Shown: piece by piece, positions 8,387 through 17,170 of the stretch
Numbering within the stretch: the stretch's first letter is position 1
How the letters are laid out: each line of letters begins with the position of its first letter
Source of the DNA: Candidatus Pacearchaeota archaeon
GTDB taxonomy: Archaea > Nanobdellota > Nanobdellia > Pacearchaeales > UBA284
Direction of reading: 5' to 3'
Length of the DNA stretch: 55,722 nucleotides
Assembly: GCA_025058615.1 (NCBI GenBank)
Contig: JANXDM010000001.1
Span: forward strand, 1 to 55,722
Program-made: the position numbers and the translations under genes
The notes under the pieces: model-generated
Databases searched by the model: none
What the model saw: the letters and a program-made list of their open reading frames with translations, nothing else
Told to the model about the DNA's origin: nothing

Positions 8387-9844
8387 ATGGAAGAAGAAAA
8401 AATTGAAAAGATAATGGAAATAGCTTTGAAAAGAGCTTTTTTTTGGCCAACTGCAGAATTTTATTCTGATCGACAAGCAGGATTTTATGATTATGGTCCT
8501 TATGGAGTAATGTTAAAAAATAACATAATAAATTTATGGAGAAAAATATTCTTATCTGAAGAAGAGAACATCATCGAAATAGATGGCTCACAAATACTTC
8601 CCGAATCTGTGTTTATTGCATCCGGGCACCTACAACATTTTACAGATCCTTTAGTTGGATGCCCAAGATGTAATTTCAAAGCACGGGCAGACAAATTGAT
8701 AGAAGAAAAAGTAAAAAAACAAATTTCTGAAAAACTTCCATTAAGCGAATATGATAAATTGATTCAAAAGTATAAAATAAAGTGCCCAAAATGTGGTTCT
8801 TCATTGAAAAAAACAGAAAACTGGAATATGATGTTAAGAACAGAAATAGGAGTGGATTTCAAAAAATGTTATCTAAGGCCAGAAACGTGTCAGTCTATTT
8901 TTGCAAGTTTTCCTAGAATATACAGAACAATGAGGGTAAAACTTCCTTTCGGTATAGCCCAAGTAGGAAAATCTTTTAGAAATGAAGTATCCCCAAGACA
9001 AGGGTTGGTTAGATTGCGAGAATTTACGCAAGCAGAAATCGAAATTTTTTTCAATCCTGAGCGAGACATTTGTATGGAAAAGGTAAAAGAAGAAATTCTT
9101 CCTCTTTACATCGAAAACAAAATATTAAAGATAAAATGTGGAGAAGCTGTAAAGAAGAAAATAATTTCTTGTAATTTAATAGCATATTACCTTGCATTGT
9201 TAAAAAATTTCTCTATAAAAGCAGGCCTTCCGGAAGAAAAAATAAGATTTCGGTATGTGGATAAAGAAAAACCTTTCTATGCAAAAGAAACATGGGATTT
9301 TGAATGCTTAACATCTTTGGGTTGGTTAGAACTCTGTGCTTGTAATCATAGAGGGGATTACGATTTGATAAGACACCAAAAAGTTTCTGGAAAAAGCTTC
9401 GAAATTGTTGATGAAACTACGAACAAAAAAATAATACCAAACATTTTCGAACTTTCGTTAGGAATAGATAGATTGGTTCTAGCTTTGCTTGATACTAATT
9501 ACAAAGAAGATGCTCAAAACGAAAGAGTGTTGTTCACATTTAAACCATACATTGCTCCTATTTTTGTTGCAGTTTTTCCTTTAGTAAAAAAAGGTGGAAT
9601 GTCAGAAATTGCGAAGCAAATTTACCACGAACTAAAGAAAGATTTTTCTTGTTTTTACGATGATTCTGGAAGCATAGGAAGACGCTATAGAAGACAAGAT
9701 GAAATAGGGACCCCTTTCTGCATAACAATTGATAGTCAAACTTTACAAGACAATACTGTAACGATTAGAGAGAGAGATAGCATGCAACAAATTCGCGTTT
9801 CAAAAGAAAAAATAAAGGAAGAATTAAAAGATTATAAATTGTAA
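8387..9844 (+). CDS. glyS: Glycyl-tRNA synthetase (archaeal/eukaryotic alpha2 type)
   Basis: GFYDYGPYGVMLKNNIINLWR, RPETCQSIFASF and GKSFRNEVSPRQGLVRLREFTQAEIEIF (class II motif 2). C-terminal anticodon-binding domain. Confidence 0.9.
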   Translation: MEEEKIEKIMEIALKRAFFWPTAEFYSDRQAGFYDYGPYGVMLKNNIINLWRKIFLSEEENIIEIDGSQILPESVFIASGHLQHFTDPLVGCPRCNFKARADKLIEEKVKKQISEKLPLSEYDKLIQKYKIKCPKCGSSLKKTENWNMMLRTEIGVDFKKCYLRPETCQSIFASFPRIYRTMRVKLPFGIAQVGKSFRNEVSPRQGLVRLREFTQAEIEIFFNPERDICMEKVKEEILPLYIENKILKIKCGEAVKKKIISCNLIAYYLALLKNFSIKAGLPEEKIRFRYVDKEKPFYAKETWDFECLTSLGWLELCACNHRGDYDLIRHQKVSGKSFEIVDETTNKKIIPNIFELSLGIDRLVLALLDTNYKEDAQNERVLFTFKPYIAPIFVAVFPLVKKGGMSEIAKQIYHELKKDFSCFYDDSGSIGRRYRRQDEIGTPFCITIDSQTLQDNTVTIRERDSMQQIRVSKEKIKEELKDYKL

Positions 9845-9852
9845 CTACAAAT

Positions 9853-9923
9853 GGGCCTGTAATTCAATGGTAGAATGCACCCTTGGCTGGGGTGATATCC
9901 GGGTTCGAGTCCCGGCAGGTCCA
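9853..9923 (+). tRNA. tRNA-Ala (anticodon GGC)
   Basis: Hand-folded. Acceptor GGGCCTG/CAGGTCC with G3:U70, D-arm ATTC/GAAT, anticodon stem CACCC/GGGTG, loop TTGGCTG, T-arm CCGGG-TTCGAGT-CCCGG, discriminator A. Confidence 0.8.
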
Positions 9924-10052
9924 TTTATTTTTAAAGACCCTATCGTAAGTCAAAGAAAAAATTTAAAAACATCAAAAATTTTTGAAAAAAATGGTAAAAA
10001 GAAAAGAAAGTGAAGAAGTAGAAAAAATAGAATTAAGTTACATAGGTTAAGC

Positions 10053-10451
10053 ATGGAATGTGTTTTCTGTAAGATAGCAAAAAAAGAATTTCCTTGTTAT
10101 AAAGTTTATGAAGATAAGAATTTCCTTGCATTTCTGGATATTAGGCCATTAAACAAAGGCCATACTCTTGTAATACCAAAAAAACATTATAGATGGATTT
10201 GGGATGTAGAAGAAATAGCTCTTTATTTTAAAGTTGTTAAAAAAGTAGCAAACGCTATAAGGAAAGCATTTAAGACTGAATGGGTAGTTTCTCTTATTAT
10301 AGGGGAAGCGGTCCCTCATGCTCATGTATGGCTTGTCCCAAGATTTGAAAATGATGGGCATCCAAAAGGATGGCTTGACATAAATAATGTAAAGAAAATT
10401 AGCGAGAAAGAAATGAGAGAAATTGCAGATAATATCAAAAAATATTTATAA
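10053..10451 (+). CDS. HIT-family nucleotide hydrolase/transferase
   Basis: N-terminal CVFCKI.., GHTLVIPKKH and histidine-triad region AVPHAHVWLVPR. Confidence 0.85.
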   Translation: MECVFCKIAKKEFPCYKVYEDKNFLAFLDIRPLNKGHTLVIPKKHYRWIWDVEEIALYFKVVKKVANAIRKAFKTEWVVSLIIGEAVPHAHVWLVPRFENDGHPKGWLDINNVKKISEKEMREIADNIKKYL

Positions 10452-10460
10452 AGCGAACTT
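10449..10460. repeat. Left arm of 12-bp perfect inverted repeat TAAAGCGAACTT (partner 11491..11502)
   Basis: Read directly; the match extends with one mismatch to about 20 bp (ATAAAGCGAACTTnTTTAA). Further direct GCGAAC boxes at 10487..10492 and 10518..10523. Confidence 0.7.
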
Positions 10461-10608
10461 ATTTAAGTTCTTTTAATCGTTCTTGTGCGAACTTTTTATC
10501 TATTTAGTACAATTAAAGCGAACCTTCCACTTATTTCTAAAAGTTTTAAGCAAAGCTAAAAACATTTAATTAATTTTTTAGAAATATTGATTAAAAAAAT
10601 TAAAAAAT

Positions 10609-10634
10609 TTTTTATAATTTATAAATTATAAAAA
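10609..10634. repeat. 26-bp perfect A/T-only palindrome TTTTTATAATTTATAAATTATAAAAA
   Basis: Checked base by base around the centre at 10621/10622. Lies in the 390-bp non-coding spacer 10452..10842. Confidence 0.7.
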
Positions 10635-10842
10635 TTGAAATTCACACTTGCTTCTTAAAATTTTAATTTTTTAAAAATTAATTTTTCAAAAATTTGCTCT
10701 GATTAAGTTTTTCAAGTTTTTAAGATTATTTTGAAAAAACTTTTTACAAAAAATTAATCTAAAAAAAGTAATCTTAAATTAATCATTTTTAGCAAAAAGT
10801 TTTGCTAGAAAAATTTAAAAAAGAAAACAAATACAAATTTTT

Positions 10843-11475
10843 ATGGGGATTTTGGATTTTTTACTTAAAAAAAAAGATAAGTTCAAAGAGATTCGTTCAT
10901 CTTTTAAAGCTGTAAAAGAAGATATAAGGTGTTTAAACACCTCAATTGAAAAATTGAACGAAAAAAACAAACAGCTAGAACAAAGTATCGATTCTCTTTC
11001 TAAAGAAATTCTCAAAATTAAAGGAGATATCGACGAAATAAAAAACAAGTTTTTATTTCTTCTGCAGCCCTCTAGTATGGGGGTGTTTAAACACCAACAA
11101 ACAGGTGTTTATAAACAAACAGGTGTTGAAGGTGTTCAAACACCTGTTCAAACACGTGTTCAAACACCTGCTCTTGAAGGAATTTTAAGACATTTAAGCA
11201 TGTCTGAAAGAACAATAGTGTTTTTACTTTTAAACAGCGATATTAAAATGAGTTGTGAAGATTTGGCTGTTCTTTTGGGAAAACAAAAAAGTACAATCCG
11301 AGGTCAAATAAACAGTATAAAGCAAAAAAGTGAGGGTTTAATAAAAGAAACTATAGAAAAAAACGGAAAAAAGAGATATTATTTAGAGGAAAAAATAAAA
11401 GAAGCCTTACTCAGTGAACTAAAACAAATCTCGAAAAAAAGAAAAAGTGAGAGTTCTAAAGAAAAACAAAATTAA
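10843..11475 (+). CDS. Coiled-coil / repeat-linker / C-terminal winged-helix DNA-binding protein (paralog A)
   Basis: 210 aa. N-terminal heptad-like region, QT-rich linker QQTGVYKQTGVEGVQTPVQTRVQTP, C-terminal HTH LSMSERTIVFLLLNS..SCEDLAVLLGKQKSTIRGQINSIKQK. Confidence 0.6.
   Translation: MGILDFLLKKKDKFKEIRSSFKAVKEDIRCLNTSIEKLNEKNKQLEQSIDSLSKEILKIKGDIDEIKNKFLFLLQPSSMGVFKHQQTGVYKQTGVEGVQTPVQTRVQTPALEGILRHLSMSERTIVFLLLNSDIKMSCEDLAVLLGKQKSTIRGQINSIKQKSEGLIKETIEKNGKKRYYLEEKIKEALLSELKQISKKRKSESSKEKQN
10927..10942. repeat. 16-bp perfect palindrome AGGTGTTTAAACACCT inside CDS
   Basis: Read directly. The core GGTGTTTAAACACC recurs at 11082..11095 in a different codon phase. Confidence 0.8.
11082..11095. 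repeat. 14-bp perfect palindrome GGTGTTTAAACACC inside CDS (second copy)
   Basis: Read directly. Codon phase offset 2 relative to the gene start, versus offset 1 for the first copy. Confidence 0.8.
11134..11169 (+). repeat. 3 x 12-nt tandem repeat GTTCAAACAC(C/G)T encoding VQTPVQTRVQTP
   Basis: Units at 11134-11145, 11146-11157 and 11158-11169, each containing GTGTT..AACAC half-sites related to the palindrome. Confidence 0.75.
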
Positions 11476-11490
11476 AATAAAATTTTAAAG

Positions 11491-11502
11491 AAGTTCGCTT
11501 TA
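11491..11502. repeat. Right arm of inverted repeat (AAGTTCGCTTTA = reverse complement of TAAAGCGAACTT)
   Basis: Read directly, 16 nt downstream of the stop of 10843..11475. Confidence 0.7.
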
Positions 11503-11589
11503 TATTTTAAAAACGAAAATTTTAAAGACTAATAAAGGAGAAAATTACTAATTTTTCAAGAAAATTAGAAATATTCGTTTAAACGAAAT

Positions 11590-12219
<630 letters not shown>

Positions 12220-12548
12220 AAGGCCGCATTAAGTTCTTATAAACCTCATAAGTTTTATTAGAAAGACGCCACCTAAGGCGTCTGCTGTATTGTTTTCCTG
12301 TGTTATTTTTCTTCACACACGTAACAAGTTCTTTTGATTCTAAGTCAAGTAAAAGCTTTTTTATGTATTCTTCGTCACGTGCAAGCTCTTTTGCAATTTG
12401 CGAAGTAAACAACAATTTTGGTGAATTTTGAAAAAGCAACTGTAAAATACTTTCTTGTATTTTTCTCTCTTTTTCTTTGTTAATTCTAGGCATCAAAAAA
12501 GCAAAAAACCTAAGAGTTTATAAGGTTTATTATTTATTAACATATAAA

Positions 12549-15188
12549 ATGATAAAAATTATAGAAAAACCATACAAAAGTGAAGAAGTAATTAAAGTTT
12601 TAGACGAAAGTGTAAAAGAATGGTTTTTTTCTAAGTTTAAAGAATTTAGCATTACACAATTATATGGGATTATACCCATACATGAAAGAAAAAACATACT
12701 TATATCGGCTCCGACTGGTGGAACAAAAACACTTACAGCTTTTTTAGCAATAATAAGTTATTTAGTAAGACTTGCGAAAAAAAATGAATTGGAAAATAAA
12801 GTGTATTGTGTTTATGTTTCGCCATTGAGGGCTTTGAACAATGATATAGCTGTCAATCTTATAAAACCTTTGAAAGAGATAGAAAACCTTGTAAAGAAAA
12901 AACAAAAAATGCAAGAGATAAGAGTAAAAGTAAGGACAGGAGACACAACCCAAGACGAAAAACAAAAAATGTTAAAAGAAGCGCCACATATATTGATAAC
13001 GACACCTGAAAGTCTTGGGATAATTCTTTCTAGTAAAAAATTTATAGAAAAATTACGAGCTGTAGAATTCGTTATTATTGATGAAATCCATGCTTTGGCT
13101 AATAAAAGAGGAGCGCACTTGAGCCTAAGCTTAGAAAGACTTGAAAATATTTCTAATATTATTCCTGTAAGAATAGGGTTAAGCGCAACAATTTCTCCTT
13201 TAGAAGAAGTTGCTAAATTTCTTGTTGGTTTTGAAAAAACAAAAGAAGGATGGAAACCAAGAGATTGTTTAATTGTGGAAGTAAATTTCTTGAAAAAATT
13301 AGATCTTAAAGTCTTAAGTCCTTTGAAGGATATAATAAACACAACTGCAAAAGAGATGCAACAAGCACTTTATGATGTTGTAGACAAATTAATCCAAGAG
13401 CATAAAACAACTTTAATTTTCACAAACACTAGAAGCGCAACAGAAAGAGTAATAAACCACTTAAAAGAGATGTTTCCAAATCGTTACGAAACTATAGAAG
13501 AAACTATAGGGGCACACCATTCTAGCTTAAGTAGAAAACACAGATTTGATATAGAACAAAAACTAAGAGAAGGAAAACTAAAAGCAGTTGTAACAAGCAC
13601 TTCCCTGGAATTGGGAATAGATATAGGTTACATAGATTTGGTTATTTTACTCGGTTCTCCGAAAAGCGTCGCTAGAGCTATACAAAGAACAGGGAGGGCT
13701 GGCCATAAACTTCACGAAACGAGTAAAGGTAGAATCGTAGTTTTAGATCAAGACGATCTTGTCGAGTGTGCAGTCTTACTCAAAGAAGCTTTGGAGAAAA
13801 AAATAGACACGGTTGTTTTTCCAAAGAATTGTCTTGATGTTCTTGCACAACACATATTTGGGATGGTTATACAAAAAAAATGGAAATTAAATGAAATGTT
13901 TGATCTGATAAGAAAAAGTTATTGTTTCAACGAATTAAGTAGAGAAGATTTCCTAGATGTTATAAGTTATCTTGCTGGTGAATACAACTTAGAAGACAAA
14001 AATGTTTACGCAAAAATATGGTATGACACAAGAACAAACGAAATAGGAAGAAAAGGTAAATTGGCAAGAATGATCTATATGACAAACATAGGAACAATAC
14101 CTGAAGAAAGTTATGTTAATGTAATAATAGCAAGTCCTTTTGAAAGAAAAAACGAAAAAATAGGTGTAATAGATGAAGCTTTCTTGGAACGTTTGAAAAA
14201 AGATGATGTTTTTGTTTTGGGAGGTAACAAATACCAATTTCTGTATGCTAGGGGGATGAATGCTTATGTTAACGCTTCAGTACAAAGACCCCCTACCATC
14301 CCTTCTTGGTTCTCAGAAATGCTCCCTTTGAGTTTTGAACTTGCACTTGCTATACAAAAATTCCGAAAACTAATGGAAGAACATTTAAAAAAAGAAAACA
14401 AGGACAAAGTAAAAGAATTCATAAAAAAGTATCTCTACGTGGATGAAAATTCTTGTGAAGCGATTTATAATTATTTCCACGACCAATTTCTGTATGCAAA
14501 AATACCGCATGAATCAAAGTTAGTAATAGAATATTACACAGACGCTGTTCAGGGAAAAAGATATGTGATTTTTCATTCTCTTTATGGAAGAAGGGTTAAC
14601 GATGTCCTTTCTAGAGCCATTGCTTACCTTGTAGCAAAACATGGTTTGAGAGATATAGAAATAGGAATATCGGATAATGGTTTCTTTCTTGCAAGCAATT
14701 ATAATATGCAAGCGGAAAAAGCGTTAAAACTTCTTTCAGAAAAACCAGAAGCCCTACGTCCTCTGTTAGAAGATGTTATAGAAAAAACAGAAATTTTCAA
14801 AAGACGTTTTAGGCATTGCGCAACCAGAGCTTTGATGATTCTAAGAAATTATAAAGGAAAAAACAAAAGTGTAGGAACACAACAAATGAAAGCTGAATTT
14901 TTATATCATGTGGTAAAAAAAATTTCTGAAGATTTCCCAATCATAAGAGAAACAAAACGTGAAATTCTTGAAGACTTAATGGATATAGAAAATGCTACCC
15001 TCGTACTGAAATGGATAAAAGAAGGGAAAATAAAAATAGAAACTATTGTGGTAGAAACTCCTAGTCCTTTTTCCCTTAATTTGATTACACAAGGATACGC
15101 AGATTTGATGCGTATAGAGAATAAAATTTTATTTTTGAGAAGAATGTATGAAAAGATAAGAAAAAAGATAGAGGTAAAATCGAAATAA
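12549..15188 (+). CDS. lhr: Lhr-family ATP-dependent DNA helicase (SF2)
   Basis: Trimmed to ATG 12549. Motifs SAPTGGTKT, IIDEIHAL, TSTSLELGIDIG, QRTGRAGH, plus a long Lhr-type C-terminal (winged-helix/domain 4) region. Confidence 0.9.
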   Translation: MIKIIEKPYKSEEVIKVLDESVKEWFFSKFKEFSITQLYGIIPIHERKNILISAPTGGTKTLTAFLAIISYLVRLAKKNELENKVYCVYVSPLRALNNDIAVNLIKPLKEIENLVKKKQKMQEIRVKVRTGDTTQDEKQKMLKEAPHILITTPESLGIILSSKKFIEKLRAVEFVIIDEIHALANKRGAHLSLSLERLENISNIIPVRIGLSATISPLEEVAKFLVGFEKTKEGWKPRDCLIVEVNFLKKLDLKVLSPLKDIINTTAKEMQQALYDVVDKLIQEHKTTLIFTNTRSATERVINHLKEMFPNRYETIEETIGAHHSSLSRKHRFDIEQKLREGKLKAVVTSTSLELGIDIGYIDLVILLGSPKSVARAIQRTGRAGHKLHETSKGRIVVLDQDDLVECAVLLKEALEKKIDTVVFPKNCLDVLAQHIFGMVIQKKWKLNEMFDLIRKSYCFNELSREDFLDVISYLAGEYNLEDKNVYAKIWYDTRTNEIGRKGKLARMIYMTNIGTIPEESYVNVIIASPFERKNEKIGVIDEAFLERLKKDDVFVLGGNKYQFLYARGMNAYVNASVQRPPTIPSWFSEMLPLSFELALAIQKFRKLMEEHLKKENKDKVKEFIKKYLYVDENSCEAIYNYFHDQFLYAKIPHESKLVIEYYTDAVQGKRYVIFHSLYGRRVNDVLSRAIAYLVAKHGLRDIEIGISDNGFFLASNYNMQAEKALKLLSEKPEALRPLLEDVIEKTEIFKRRFRHCATRALMILRNYKGKNKSVGTQQMKAEFLYHVVKKISEDFPIIRETKREILEDLMDIENATLVLKWIKEGKIKIETIVVETPSPFSLNLITQGYADLMRIENKILFLRRMYEKIRKKIEVKSK

Positions 15189-15196
15189 TTAAAAAA

Positions 15197-15922
15197 ATGG
15201 AGATCCTCCATGGATTCAAAGCTGTAGGAAAAGCACTTTGGATCAAAAACTATAAAACATTAGTACTTACAGATCTCCACATAGGTTATGAAGAAGCTTT
15301 AGCGAAGGAAGGTTTTCTTGTTCCAAAAATTCTCGCAAAAGAGATGAAACAAGAAATAAAAGACTTGTTAAAGTTGAAACCCAAAATTGTTGTTATCAAT
15401 GGTGATTTGAAACATGAGTTTGGCGAAATTTCTAAACAAGAATGGTTTGATACTTTAGAAATTTTAGATATGCTCTTAAAAGACGGGAGAAGAGTAATTT
15501 TGGTAAAAGGTAACCACGACACTATTTTAGGACCTATAGCAAAAAAAAAGAACTTAGAAATAGTTGATTTTTATAAATTAAAAGAAATTTGTTTCCTACA
15601 CGGACACAAAATTTTTTTAGAGGTTTTGGATAAAAAAATAAAAGTTTTGATAACAGGACACGAACACCCAGCAATTTCGCTTCGTGAAGGGGTAAAACAA
15701 GAAAAATTCAAATGTTTTTTGCTAGGTAAATACAAAGATAAAAAGACAATAATACTTCCAAGTTTTTTAAATTTCCCCGAAGGAACTGATATAACAAAAG
15801 AGAAAATGTATTCACCTTTTCTTAGAAATATCAGTGATTTTGAAATTTTTGTTGTAGGAGACAAAATTTACAAATTTGGTAAATTAAAAGAAATTGAAAA
15901 AACTTCAAATTTTAAAAATTAA
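15197..15922 (+). CDS. Lhr-associated metallophosphoesterase (MPE, calcineurin-like)
   Basis: Phosphoesterase motifs LVLTDLHIGYEE, VINGDLKHEF, LVKGNHD, FLHGH, ITGHEHP. Begins 9 nt after lhr. Confidence 0.85.
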   Translation: MEILHGFKAVGKALWIKNYKTLVLTDLHIGYEEALAKEGFLVPKILAKEMKQEIKDLLKLKPKIVVINGDLKHEFGEISKQEWFDTLEILDMLLKDGRRVILVKGNHDTILGPIAKKKNLEIVDFYKLKEICFLHGHKIFLEVLDKKIKVLITGHEHPAISLREGVKQEKFKCFLLGKYKDKKTIILPSFLNFPEGTDITKEKMYSPFLRNISDFEIFVVGDKIYKFGKLKEIEKTSNFKN

Positions 15923-15941
15923 ATTTTTAATATTGTATATA

Positions 15942-16024
15942 GCCGGGGTAGCCTAATTGGTAAGGCGCCAGCCTCGAGAGCTGGTGGGCTTTTGCCCGTG
16001 CAGGTTCGAGTCCTGCTCCCGGCG
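15942..16024 (+). tRNA. tRNA-Ser (anticodon CGA)
   Basis: Hand-folded. Acceptor GCCGGGG/TCCCGGC, anticodon stem CCAGC/GCTGG, loop CTCGAGA, long variable arm TGGGCTTTTGCCCGTG (class II tRNA), T-arm GCAGG-TTCGAGT-CCTGC, discriminator G. Confidence 0.9.
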
Positions 16025-16081
16025 TGATATCTTAACATACTTCAATAATTTTCCTAAAATAAATAAAAAATAAGATAGGAG

Positions 16082-16501
16082 TTAACTTTCCTTCACTCTC
16101 GGCATTGGTAAATGAAAAGGTATTCCTAATTCCTCTTCTAATTGTAAAGCCTTAACATTGCACTTTGTTATTATGAAATTGAAAATACTAGCACGAATCT
16201 CTTCTTCTAGTTTTTTATTTTTCCAACCATCTAAAATTTTTTTAATTTTTTTTGATTCTTCTGTAAAGAAGACATTTCCTTCTAAAGAAAGAGAAGCGAT
16301 TTTCGGCTCATATTCTACAGAAAAAACAAAAGATATTTTTATTGTTTCTTTTTCACCAAATTTTAATTCTTCTTTTGTTATTTCTTTGATGTCTATTCGA
16401 ACATTTATTTTTATATTTCCTTTTGCAGTGTTTAGTTTCTCGACTAAGATCTTATCAAAAGAAAAACCAATTATAGGCATTTTAACGCATGTCTTCTTCA
16501 C
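16082..16501 (-). CDS. Hypothetical protein (weak SecB-like pattern)
   Basis: 139-aa ORF; the probable start is MPIIGFSF at 16480. No diagnostic motif; beta-rich region then a C-terminal helix ..IITKCNVKALQLEEELGIPFHLPMP. Confidence 0.45.
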   Translation of the reverse strand: MKKTCVKMPIIGFSFDKILVEKLNTAKGNIKINVRIDIKEITKEELKFGEKETIKISFVFSVEYEPKIASLSLEGNVFFTEESKKIKKILDGWKNKKLEEEIRASIFNFIITKCNVKALQLEEELGIPFHLPMPRVKES

Positions 16502-16739
16502 TTACTACAACAAAATCACCTATTGCTAAAATCGAAGAAAAAGGGATTAATAAATCACCCTCTTTATTTTGTTCTACATTAAGTGATTGAGCATAAGGTG
16601 TGGGAGAAGTAAGAACTAAATGTATTAATTCACCACTTCTTGTTTCAAAAGTTATATCTTTAACAAGACCTACTCTTTTACCCTCTTTTGTTACAACTAA
16701 TTTTCCTACAATTTCCTTCGCAATTCTTTTTTGGTTCAT
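16482..16739 (-). CDS. PRC-barrel domain protein
   Basis: 85 aa. IVGKLVVTKEGKRVGLVKDITFETRSGELIHLVL...LLIPFSSILAIGDFVVV is typical of archaeal PRC-barrel proteins. Confidence 0.7.
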   Translation of the reverse strand: MNQKRIAKEIVGKLVVTKEGKRVGLVKDITFETRSGELIHLVLTSPTPYAQSLNVEQNKEGDLLIPFSSILAIGDFVVVSEEDMR

Positions 16740-17170
16740 TTTTCGTTTCTATTTCTTAAATTTTTGTGTTTATAAATTTTTCTGTAATTTGTAATTAAAG
16801 GGGTGTGGGAGTTTTTTTCAATAACAACACATTTATTAATATAATTTTCAATACAATTGAAAAAAAGAGTTGAGAAAAGAGAATGGTATTAAATAAAATC
16901 GATTACCACTGACCCCTTTTTTTCTTATGGAAAAATTTATAAACTGTTAGTTGTCTTCGGCTTTTTTTATAAAGTTTATAAATTTTTATATACTATGAAA
17001 TATATAAAAAAATAGACATTTTAAAAATTGAAATACATACGAAGAAATGGTTAACAATTTATTTCTTATGGAGCTAAATATAAATTAAAAATTTGCATGC
17101 GAAACAAAGGTGTGAAAGTGTTTACTTTAGGATAAAAATCTTTTTAAAACAACCACTTTTATTTTCAAAC
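16740..17170. promoter_or_regulatory. Candidate replication origin (oriC) and orc1/cdc6 promoter region
   Basis: 431-bp non-coding, extremely AT-rich spacer directly upstream of orc1/cdc6. Inverted AAAGGGGT(G/C) boxes at 16797..16805 (+) and 16911..16919 (-). Direct TTTCTTATGGA repeats at 16921..16931 and 17062..17072 bracket an almost pure A/T stretch. Confidence 0.4.

Noticed and set aside
11134-11169. Possible CRISPR-like or minisatellite array
   Set aside because: There are only three 12-nt units with no spacers, and they lie inside a CDS and in frame. No CRISPR repeat-spacer architecture occurs anywhere in the window.
17093-17170. N-terminal extensions of track ORFs (17093, 12477, 29567, 1754, 2386, 5570, 6351, 6610, 28384, 52603, 42901, 39913)
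   Set aside because: The extensions start at upstream or alternative codons, overlap neighbouring genes or the AT-rich spacer, and encode junk-like peptides. Internal ATGs give canonical family N-termini and tidy gene junctions.
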